Below are positions 25,112 through 31,731 of a stretch of DNA of 32,000 nucleotides, in pieces. Source of the stretch: Xylanibacter ruminicola 23 (GTDB lineage: Bacteria; Bacteroidota; Bacteroidia; Bacteroidales; Bacteroidaceae); NCBI RefSeq assembly GCF_000025925.1, contig NC_014033.1, positions 1,050,001 to 1,082,000 of the forward strand, written 5' to 3'. The notes below the pieces were generated by a model. The model ran no database searches. It was given only the letters and a program-made list of their open reading frames with translations, and was not told the DNA's origin. How positions within the stretch are numbered: position 1 is the first letter of the stretch; each line of letters starts with the position of its first letter. The position numbers and the translations under genes were made by a program.

Positions 25112-25356
25112 TGGTTTCCTCCCTCCTCTATTGTATCGAACTTAGATTTTAGTTCGGCAAACTTGGTGTGAATATAGATACTTACACCAAAGATAGAGCC
25201 TGCGTATATCAGACACTGTGCGAAGAAAAGGAGTACGGAGTCAGAGATGACACCAGTTGGTGCTACGATGAAGCCCGCTGTGGCGAGTGCGACTCCTGCG
25301 ATGAGCATCGCGATTGCCGAATAGATTTGGATGTCAGTTCTAGTTTCTTTGGTCAT
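25108..25356 (-). CDS. Holin-like two-TM protein
   Basis: 82 aa from ATG 25356 (MTKETRTD...). It has two hydrophobic helices and a charged C-terminus, and overlaps the amidase start by 4 nt (ATGA). Confidence 0.6.
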   Translation of the reverse strand: MTKETRTDIQIYSAIAMLIAGVALATAGFIVAPTGVISDSVLLFFAQCLIYAGSIFGVSIYIHTKFAELKSKFDTIEEGGNQ

Positions 25357-25383
25357 GTTGTGTTGGATTATATTTCGATGGTG

Positions 25384-25391
25384 CAAAGGTA
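25384..25391 (-). promoter_or_regulatory. -7 box (TACCTTTG on minus strand) for the lysis cassette
   Basis: CAAAGGTA on the + strand lies 27 nt upstream of ATG 25356. Confidence 0.5.
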
Positions 25392-25449
25392 GGAAGCATA
25401 TTTGATTTAAAAAAAGACAATATTCTATTGGATTTTCAAAATTATTATG

Positions 25450-25457
25450 TATTTTTG
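25450..25457 (+). promoter_or_regulatory. -7 box TATTTTTG for the 314-aa orphan gene
   Basis: TAnnTTTG match 22 nt upstream of ATG 25480. It is divergent from the lysis-cassette promoter. Confidence 0.5.
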
Positions 25458-25479
25458 CAGTAGACTAAAGCTATAAAAT

Positions 25480-26424
25480 ATGAGAATAAGAGATATAGAT
25501 GTGAATTTTGATTTTACTTCTGATACCAAAGGATTTTGGGAAGGCTTTTGGGAAAGAAACGATGGACTTGGGGCTGGAGGCGCAGATCCTGATTCCAGAA
25601 GTAAAACGCTTAGACTATATAGTCAGCTATTATGGAGTAAGCCATTACCTAATGGTGAATTAATGGAACTAGAAGATGGCAGAAGTAAATTCTATCTAAA
25701 ATGGAAGGATTTCTATTTCGGAAACGATTCTATTACTGCTTCTTTTAGATATTATCGAAACAGACCGCTTTTGGAAGAAGTAAAGAAGAATGTACCCGAT
25801 TATCATCAGTTCGTAGAAACGTATCTTCATCAACTATATCAGATTGGTGGTGAAGTCATATTGCCATCTGCGGTCGGGGGAATAAATCAGACTAGGGGAT
25901 TTCGGGCTGATATACGTGACCGATGGGATTTGACATTAGAATGTATTCGTCGATTCTATAATGGAGATGACAGCCCATTAAGTGATGTATTGAATAAGAA
26001 TAAAGCTTTTTTTGAATTGTTTGTGGACTTTAAGGGCTATGTGGATTTCTTCTTTTTTCAAGATCTTGTCGATAAGAATTATGCAAGTGTCAAACTATGG
26101 TTGGATACTCCGCTGTTTGTAAAGAACCCCATCCCAAAGACTGTTGATGAATACTTTAATTTCTTGAACAAGGAAATAGAATTTGTAGAAAGTAGGAATA
26201 TAAGAATTCAGCATTACATTAATTCTGTGACTAAGAAGGATGAATTTACAACTATGATGCACGCTGACCTACTAGCTGAAGACGGTTGGTCGAGATTAGA
26301 TGTCATGGTGCTCGGTGCCTATGCAAATATTCTAAAAGGAATAAAGAAAGCCGATGCCTGTAAGAATCACGGTATCACGATAGAAGAATATGATGAGAAT
26401 ATAGAGCGAGTCAAAAAGCTTTAA
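25480..26424 (+). CDS. AT-rich orphan protein (314 aa), function unknown; opposite strand to all neighbouring phage genes
   Basis: Clean ORF with Trp/Phe/Asp-rich N-terminal motifs (GFWEGFWERNDGLGAGGADPDSRSKTLRLYSQLLWSK). Its stop TAA (26422-26424) abuts the stop of the convergent gene. Confidence 0.75.
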   Translation: MRIRDIDVNFDFTSDTKGFWEGFWERNDGLGAGGADPDSRSKTLRLYSQLLWSKPLPNGELMELEDGRSKFYLKWKDFYFGNDSITASFRYYRNRPLLEEVKKNVPDYHQFVETYLHQLYQIGGEVILPSAVGGINQTRGFRADIRDRWDLTLECIRRFYNGDDSPLSDVLNKNKAFFELFVDFKGYVDFFFFQDLVDKNYASVKLWLDTPLFVKNPIPKTVDEYFNFLNKEIEFVESRNIRIQHYINSVTKKDEFTTMMHADLLAEDGWSRLDVMVLGAYANILKGIKKADACKNHGITIEEYDENIERVKKL

Positions 26425-26853
26425 CTAATGATTGTACCTCCTGTAATTTTCGTCTATTGCTTTGGCTACGATGCCGACGAAGGACTGGCCGATGTTATCA
26501 GCCAGGAAATCACGGAGGTTGAGAACTGAGGAATAATACTTTCGAGAGAACCACTTCTTAGCGACACGTCGCTTTTCACGACCTATATCCCCGGAGTTGC
26601 CTCTGGGGATTTCCTTTCCTGTACCGAAATCTTGCCAAAGTCCGTATTCGAGGAAGGCCTGTGACAAGCCTATCTCGATAAAACGGCCATCGGCTCTTAC
26701 TGGCAAAGCGCTGACGGAGTGCAGCAGCCGGCCTGTGTCGATGACATCCAGCAGTGTAATCTGCTCCTGCCAGATTTTAAGCATAGTGTCGTTGAAAGCG
26801 AGAACGTATTTCTCGCGCTCGCCTTGTGGATCGGGATGCTGATTCAAGTCCAT
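26425..26853 (-). CDS. HK97-gp10-like phage head-tail/tail-completion protein
   Basis: 142 aa. The central segment TGRLLHSV...FLEYGLWQDFGTGKEIPRG resembles the TG-L-S ... YA-YVE-GT signature of the HK97 gp10 family. Overlaps the upstream gene by 10 nt. Confidence 0.5.
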   Translation of the reverse strand: MDLNQHPDPQGEREKYVLAFNDTMLKIWQEQITLLDVIDTGRLLHSVSALPVRADGRFIEIGLSQAFLEYGLWQDFGTGKEIPRGNSGDIGREKRRVAKKWFSRKYYSSVLNLRDFLADNIGQSFVGIVAKAIDENYRRYNH

Positions 26854-27383
26854 TCCTCCTGGTTGAATTGTAAATCGGTGTAGGTGTCAACGGCGATTTG
26901 GAAGTACGCACAAGCGCATCCTGAGAAGAAATAGCGGTCGATTTCTTGGAAGGAGATACGAGGGTCGATATAAATAGATTGCTGCTGCAGACGAGTGTGC
27001 TCCTGGATCAGGACAGACATAAACTGTCGGAATAGCTCGCGCATGGCGTCCATACAGGACTGGCGGACCACCATGTTGTCAATGGTGTGGCGCATGGCTA
27101 GGAACACTGTCTTCACACGGCGAGTGTGCGGTGTGTTATTGATGTCCGTAAATCCCTGTGAGATGTCGGACACGCAGACGAAAGCCGCTTTTGTCTGCAT
27201 TTTGGCCAGTGCTTCTTCGAAGCCGTCAAGCCCAGAAACTCGACAGAAGGTGAAGTGCTTGGACTGAGCGAACTTGTTGCGCTTGGTTAGGTCTTCAAAG
27301 AACGATGTGGCATCCCAGTTGAAGGAGTCGTTGTTCTTTGTTTGTGTTGGCTGTTCAGGCGTATGTGGAAGAAATGGTAACAT
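26844..27383 (-). CDS. Hypothetical phage structural-module protein
   Basis: The ORF is open from 27512. ATG 27383 (MLPFLPHTPEQ...) was chosen because the upstream ATG 27509 would overlap the preceding gene by 53 nt. The start remains uncertain. Confidence 0.45.
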   Translation of the reverse strand: MLPFLPHTPEQPTQTKNNDSFNWDATSFFEDLTKRNKFAQSKHFTFCRVSGLDGFEEALAKMQTKAAFVCVSDISQGFTDINNTPHTRRVKTVFLAMRHTIDNMVVRQSCMDAMRELFRQFMSVLIQEHTRLQQQSIYIDPRISFQEIDRYFFSGCACAYFQIAVDTYTDLQFNQEEWT

Positions 27384-27456
27384 AAGTAAGAGTATAAGGA
27401 ATGTATGTAAATGTTTGGTAAGTAGGCTATTGTGTGATAACTGTGTAACAAACTTG

Positions 27457-28209
27457 CTAAGGTTTCTTATAAGCCTTTCGAAGCTCTTCTGCTTCCTTTG
27501 CCTTAGCATCAAGCTCGGTGAGCGCGCGCCAGGTATCCATCTTTAGGATGCGCTCTTCTTTGGTGATATCGCCACCTGTTAGGGCGCGGATCATGGCATT
27601 CGTACTGTCACGCAACTGACTGTAGATATCCGGCTGGCTGGAGCCCAGCAGATTGGCCTCGCCCTTAGCGGGGGCTGGCTTATAGAAGTTCGTGAAGAGC
27701 GATGCGAAGTACTGTTTGAGTGAAGCCATCCAGTAGAAGATACCTACAAGATGGGCTTTCGAGGGCTTCACATGGTCGCTTCCGTATAGGATTTGTGCCA
27801 TCTGAAGCAACAGTTCATCCTGCTGAGTGTTGAGATAACCCTGGAACAGGTTGTCAACATACAGATACTGCTCAAAAGGAACTTTCTCGAAGTCCGCTGG
27901 CAAAGCGCGGTGCTTGCCTATTCGTGAGATACGAATGGGCATAGGTGCTAATGAATCAAGATAATCAAGAACTGAGGTGGCTTGCTGAATCTGCCTGACT
28001 TTGAGCACAACCTGCTCTTTTCCTCGCTTTATGAGGAAACGATGGCTCGGCAGAGTGGCTAGCACCTTTAAGTGATTCCACTTCATGAGGCAGAGGGACT
28101 TGACCTCTGCTGCAGACAAGTCGCGTGCGAATAGTCCATAGACCATGAGCAGCTGCTCGTCTGTCAATTCGGGCCAGCTGGTGGGCAATGTGATATTGAA
28201 CATTTTCAT
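27457..28209 (-). CDS. Hypothetical phage structural-module protein (possibly chaperone-like)
   Basis: 250-aa ORF with a charged helical C-terminus (TGGDITKEERILKMDTWRALTELDAKAKEAEELRK). No firm motif recognised. Confidence 0.5.
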   Translation of the reverse strand: MKMFNITLPTSWPELTDEQLLMVYGLFARDLSAAEVKSLCLMKWNHLKVLATLPSHRFLIKRGKEQVVLKVRQIQQATSVLDYLDSLAPMPIRISRIGKHRALPADFEKVPFEQYLYVDNLFQGYLNTQQDELLLQMAQILYGSDHVKPSKAHLVGIFYWMASLKQYFASLFTNFYKPAPAKGEANLLGSSQPDIYSQLRDSTNAMIRALTGGDITKEERILKMDTWRALTELDAKAKEAEELRKAYKKP

Positions 28210-28213
28210 GGGG

Positions 28214-28221
28214 CAAAGATA
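28214..28221 (-). promoter_or_regulatory. -7 box (TATCTTTG on minus strand) abutting the 250-aa gene start
   Basis: CAAAGATA lies only 4 nt from ATG 28209. This implies a leaderless or near-leaderless mRNA, or use of the second ATG at 28203. Confidence 0.4.
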
Positions 28222-28343
28222 GATATTCTATGTGGATATTGGAAAGACACGGGAAGCTATATTCTACTAGATAACTTAATCCTACAATTTATTGAAGAAA
28301 TATAAATATACAAAATTATATTTGTAGGTTGAGATTTATTATT

Positions 28344-28351
28344 TATATTTG
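28344..28351 (+). promoter_or_regulatory. -7 box TATATTTG for the 136-aa orphan gene
   Basis: TAnnTTTG match about 140 nt upstream of ATG 28491. Confidence 0.4.
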
Positions 28352-28490
28352 CAACGGATTTATCATCCACCAGGGGCTTAAAGAATCGAGTAGCAATATT
28401 CGTGGAGGGCTGGGTGATTCCCAAGTGGATAGCGCGGCTGCCAGTCTTGAAGGAATTTTTGTATATAAAAAGAAACTAAAAAGTACTAGT

Positions 28491-28901
28491 ATGACAATAG
28501 AGCAAATAAAAGAGATTTTCATTGGAATGGGTAATAAGCCATGTCCATTGACAGAGAAATTGGTATATACTGGATATCAACAAGTAAGTGGTGGCTATAT
28601 TGCACGTGCAAAGAAAGAAGGGATATTAGTTGATTACAAGAAGAATTCCCCCTCCCAATATTGGCATTTAATGACATATTGTGATAGCAACGATGGTAAT
28701 AAGAAGTTCAGCAAAAGCATTGTTTGTGGTGAATTGATTTTTTGGATGGCAGAGGTGTCAGGTGCTGTGGACAAAGCGAGATTGGAACAATTGTTGGAAG
28801 AGATTGTCGAAAGCGCAGATCGGACAAAAGGCATTAAACCGACTTACGATAGAAAAAAGTGTAATAGAATCATTCAAGAAGTTTGTTTTGTTTGGAAATG
28901 A
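28491..28901 (+). CDS. AT-rich orphan protein (136 aa), function unknown
   Basis: First ATG of the 28329-28901 ORF (MTIEQIKEIF...). The track start is a TTG that overlaps the promoter region. Confidence 0.55.
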   Translation: MTIEQIKEIFIGMGNKPCPLTEKLVYTGYQQVSGGYIARAKKEGILVDYKKNSPSQYWHLMTYCDSNDGNKKFSKSIVCGELIFWMAEVSGAVDKARLEQLLEEIVESADRTKGIKPTYDRKKCNRIIQEVCFVWK

Positions 28902-28977
28902 AAGTTGAACTTGAAATAATCGGAAATATTTAGGGCATTTCTTTGTTTTATCGATAGAATTAACTATCTTTGCAGCG

Positions 28978-29060
28978 CGGGATGAGAGAGGGAGGTAATG
29001 CCCCCGCATTCTGCACCTAAGTTCGGGCAATCCTTTTTTGGAGTGCCCGAAGCTCTTTTT
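28978..29060 (+). ncRNA. Candidate ~85-nt small RNA (promoter + two hairpins + U-tract)
   Basis: A -7 box TATCTTTG lies at 28965-28972. It is followed by hairpin GCGGG...CCCGC (28977-29007), then terminator TTCGGGCA-N14-TGCCCGAA (29022-29051) and GCTCTTTTT. The only ORF is 12 codons (MREGGNAPAFCT). Confidence 0.3.
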
Positions 29061-29073
29061 CTGATTTGATTCT

Positions 29074-29127
29074 CGAAGACATTTGGGGTGTAGAGGGCGC
29101 CGACTGGGGAGGTGTGTCAGCGGGGAA
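29074..29127. repeat. Degenerate copy of the 3' end of the 282-aa gene (left arm of a direct repeat)
   Basis: CGAAGACATTTGGGGTGTAGAGGGCGCCGACTGGGGAGGTGTGTCAGCGGGGAA aligns by hand with 30918-30972 at about 49 of 55 positions, with one 1-nt indel that breaks the reading frame. Confidence 0.7.
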
Positions 29128-29224
29128 CTCTACAGTATGTTTACAGATGAGGTTAACTAGGCCGTAGAAACATAGGGATAATTTGGTTGTGTTAAACTTA
29201 TACTATCTCAGAATTGTTCAGGGA

Positions 29225-29995
29225 TTATTTGTTAATGTTTGATTCCCATTCCTGATGGAACTTGGTCCATTTATCGCTATGGGCACCGAGAGCACCAATT
29301 TGGCGAGGGTGTGCCAATGGGAGAACATTTACGGTGTGACCGTCAACGGTAGCAGCCGTGATAGTGCCGTATCCATAAAGCTCAACATACTCCTGCAGGG
29401 ATTTATAAGGAACTTCAGCAACCTTGTTTAAGAACTGTGCAATGGGGATATCCCCGAGGAGAACCAAAAGACTAGCTTTTGATTCCTTCAGTTCTGAAAC
29501 GATTTCTTGGCGTCTCTTGTCATCGCAGAATACTGTTGGCCGTTTTGGTATGTTCACTTCATTGAGGCCATACTTCTCTATTAACGGATTATATTCTTTC
29601 TCGATCACTTTTGCTTGGCCGTCGTTGATGCGTGTTTCAGGAAGAAGGTCGCACAACCATGCGTTTTTCCTTGAGTAGCCAAGAATCCCGAGGATATGTT
29701 CATCGAGGACTTTGGCAGAAGGGCCGTTGAGATGTTCTCCGGCCGGTTCTAGCGTTCCTACTTCTGTAGGAATCTGTATCTTAGATATTATTTCTTTTGC
29801 TTCATCGATGTTGCCGTCCCAGAAGATACGTGGTTCACTTGCAACAGCCAAAGCTGGACATATAGTTTTGCCGTCTTTCTTCCAACGCGCATGAACTGCA
29901 CTTGCATAGACACCTAGAACGAAAACTTTTTTAGGAGTACGGTCTTGCTGTACTAATGATTGGACCTGTTGGCCGAATGGGTATTGGTATGACAT
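29225..29995 (-). CDS. Hypothetical protein with possible uracil-DNA-glycosylase-superfamily fold
   Basis: 256 aa from ATG 29995 (MSYQYPFGQQ...). VFVLGVYASAVHA near the N-terminus and VLPLAHPRQIG near the C-terminus are placed like UDG motif A and the HPS-type motif B. The resemblance is weak and judged by eye only. Confidence 0.35.
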   Translation of the reverse strand: MSYQYPFGQQVQSLVQQDRTPKKVFVLGVYASAVHARWKKDGKTICPALAVASEPRIFWDGNIDEAKEIISKIQIPTEVGTLEPAGEHLNGPSAKVLDEHILGILGYSRKNAWLCDLLPETRINDGQAKVIEKEYNPLIEKYGLNEVNIPKRPTVFCDDKRRQEIVSELKESKASLLVLLGDIPIAQFLNKVAEVPYKSLQEYVELYGYGTITAATVDGHTVNVLPLAHPRQIGALGAHSDKWTKFHQEWESNINK

Positions 29996-30019
29996 AATTA
30001 GATATTTATAATTTTGTGG

Positions 30020-30027
30020 CAAAGATA
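30020..30027 (-). promoter_or_regulatory. -7 box (TATCTTTG on minus strand) for the UDG-like gene
   Basis: CAAAGATA lies 24 nt upstream of ATG 29995. Confidence 0.45.
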
Positions 30028-30066
30028 CATCTTTTTGTTGGAATGTCCAAGGATTATGTGAAATAA

Positions 30067-30273
30067 TTACAATTCGTCGAATCTTAGGAGATCATCTGTT
30101 TTTACGTCAAGAAGAACAGATATCTTCATGAGGGTTTCAATTGATGGCTGGGCATCGTTTGTGCACCACTTGCTTACTGTGGATGGTGTAACGCCTAGCT
30201 GTTCGGCTAGCCATTTGTTGGTTCTATGTTTTTCAACTAGAACCACTTTAATTCGGTTTATATTCTTCTTCAT
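30067..30273 (-). CDS. XRE/Cro-CI family helix-turn-helix transcriptional regulator
   Basis: 68 aa from ATG 30273 (MKKNINRIKVVLVEKHRTNKWLAEQLGVTPSTVSKWCTNDAQPSIETLMKI...), the classic HTH_3 pattern. Confidence 0.85.
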   Translation of the reverse strand: MKKNINRIKVVLVEKHRTNKWLAEQLGVTPSTVSKWCTNDAQPSIETLMKISVLLDVKTDDLLRFDEL

Positions 30274-30274
30274 A

Positions 30275-30308
30275 TTTGCACTATTTGAATTTTTTGTGTG
30301 CAAAGGTA
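30275..30308 (-). promoter_or_regulatory. XRE gene promoter (-7 box CAAAGGTA at 30301-30308) overlapped by inverted repeat TTTGCAC-N16-GTGCAAA
   Basis: The inverted-repeat arms lie at 30275-30281 and 30298-30304. The right arm overlaps the -7 box, which makes it a candidate auto-operator. Confidence 0.4.
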
Positions 30309-30385
30309 CGAAAAAAGAAATGAAACGTGAAAGCGAATGCTTTAAACAAGAAAAATATTGTTAATAATTAGCTGTGTTTTTTGTT

Positions 30386-30414
30386 TTGCAAATATTATCT
30401 TTGTAAATTTGCAA
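30386..30414 (+). promoter_or_regulatory. Promoter of the small-peptide gene (-7 box TATCTTTG at 30396-30403) bracketed by inverted repeat TTGCAAAT-N13-ATTTGCAA
   Basis: The inverted-repeat arms lie at 30386-30393 and 30407-30414. They share the TTTGCA core with the palindrome at the XRE promoter. Confidence 0.4.
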
Positions 30415-30466
30415 TAATAAACATCATCAAAACAAAACTTTTAATAAAAGAATACAATTAATAAAA

Positions 30467-30610
30467 ATGGGATTTATTGCTTTGGTATGCTGGCTTATCG
30501 TTAGTGTCATAATCATTATAATAGCTATCTCTATAGGAGGATGGGGATATGCTTTATTTCTTTTTATTTTCGCCATTTTTTATTTGTATGTTAAAAGAAA
30601 CGATTATTAA
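30467..30610 (+). CDS. 47-aa hydrophobic two-TM peptide (below the ORF-track cutoff)
   Basis: Hand translation gives MGFIALVCWLIVSVIIIIIAISIGGWGYALFLFIFAIFYLYVKRNDY*. It has its own promoter and is divergent from the XRE gene. Confidence 0.4.
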   Translation: MGFIALVCWLIVSVIIIIIAISIGGWGYALFLFIFAIFYLYVKRNDY

Positions 30611-30837
30611 CAACTTTTATTATGATCTTTGGCGGAATACATCCCCTCTCCCCAAGGCTATAGGGTAAGTCATTGACATGTTTTATGTGCTAATACAAGT
30701 ATTCTATTGACTATACTTAGTATTGTCATACCTTAGGTTAGCATCATCAGCATAATAATTGATTTGTTATTGATGTACCAGTATGTTGATGGACTGGAAA
30801 AAGGATTGTAAAAGACCATTTTTAAAATCTATCTTGT

Positions 30838-30866
30838 CCCCGCTCACTATTATTAGTGTAGCGGGG
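30838..30866. terminator. Hairpin between the small-peptide unit and the end of the 282-aa gene
   Basis: CCCCGCT-CACTA-ttatt-TAGTG-t-AGCGGGG with A/T-rich flanks on both sides. It lies 17 nt past the stop of the minus-strand 282-aa gene. Confidence 0.45.
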
Positions 30867-30882
30867 ATTATAATATTTGTAT

Positions 30883-31731
30883 TTATAACCAGTAACCACC
30901 AGATGACTTTTGGTTCACGAAGACTTTGGGGGTGTAGAGGGCGGCGACTGCGGAGGTGTGCCAGGCGGGGAATATTTCTTCGTGTTCGCGAATGATAGTG
31001 ATTAGATCGTAATAACATTGGGGGTGAACTTGGATGTTGTTTAGAAGCTCCAACTCGTAGGACTGCAGGGATTTAATCACCTGCTCTTCGAGGGGTGATG
31101 CGCTGCGGTGCTGGGTGAATACGTGGGAGCGGAAGACTTGCATCTGCTCGTGAGAGAAGTATGTGTCGGCAAGAACGGACTCTATCTTTATGAGACGTTC
31201 GTGCAGCTGCTGGTAGGAGTCCCAGATATGTTCGCGGATGGCGAGACGGCGGCAGAGGCTCAGGAACGGGAACATTGTGGCGGCGAAGTATTTACCTGGT
31301 TCGCTTTGCTGCCAGTCCGTTCTACTGGATAGACGAAGGATGAGAGCTTCGATAGCGGCGTCGCGCTGAGACTCGAGAGAGGCGATCAGAGCGGCGACGC
31401 GCTCACGAGAAGCGGGAACAACTGTCTGATTTGAGACGATACCGAAACCATTAGGGGTCAAGACTAAATCAAGCGAAGGGATGGCTGTCATATAGGCATG
31501 ACAGGCTACGAGCTTTTCCAAGGGGAAACGGAAACGCTCGTTAGGACCTGAGCTGTCAGCTTCAGCTATCTCGGCAAAATTGGCTTCAGGAACGAAAGTG
31601 TCCATTACCCATTGCTCGGCAGACTCGAGATATGGGTAAAGCTTTTCAATCAATGTAGGCTCACCCTCAACGGTGGCCAGTACGTTAGGTATGAGCAAGC
31701 GCAGCTGCTCGTCGGTGGTAATCAGTTTCAT
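30883..31731 (-). CDS. Phage structural-module protein (282 aa; possibly head-tail adaptor)
   Basis: Clean ORF coupled to the upstream gene by a TAATG overlap. Its last ~18 codons (30918-30972) are duplicated in degenerate form at 29074-29127. Confidence 0.55.
   Translation of the reverse strand: MKLITTDEQLRLLIPNVLATVEGEPTLIEKLYPYLESAEQWVMDTFVPEANFAEIAEADSSGPNERFRFPLEKLVACHAYMTAIPSLDLVLTPNGFGIVSNQTVVPASRERVAALIASLESQRDAAIEALILRLSSRTDWQQSEPGKYFAATMFPFLSLCRRLAIREHIWDSYQQLHERLIKIESVLADTYFSHEQMQVFRSHVFTQHRSASPLEEQVIKSLQSYELELLNNIQVHPQCYYDLITIIREHEEIFPAWHTSAVAALYTPKVFVNQKSSGGYWL
30918..30972. repeat. Right arm of the ~55-nt direct repeat (intact coding copy)
   Basis: See 29074-29127. This copy encodes FPAWHTSAVAALYTPKVF at the C-terminus of the 282-aa protein. 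Confidence 0.7.

Noticed and set aside
27457-27512. 56-nt overlap between the 250-aa ORF and the next ORF, considered as a tail-chaperone-style programmed frameshift
   Set aside because: The downstream ORF is in the +1 frame, not the canonical -1 frame. I saw no slippery heptamer in the overlap (…GCTAAGGCAAAGGAAGCAGAAGAGC…). The pair is not adjacent to the tape measure gene. An internal ATG at 27383 explains the ORF without overlap.
28923-28950. Weak hairpin GAAAT-N9-ATTTC followed by TTTGTTTTA as a terminator for the 136-aa gene
   Set aside because: The stem is only 5 bp and AT-rich, which is too weak to call with confidence.
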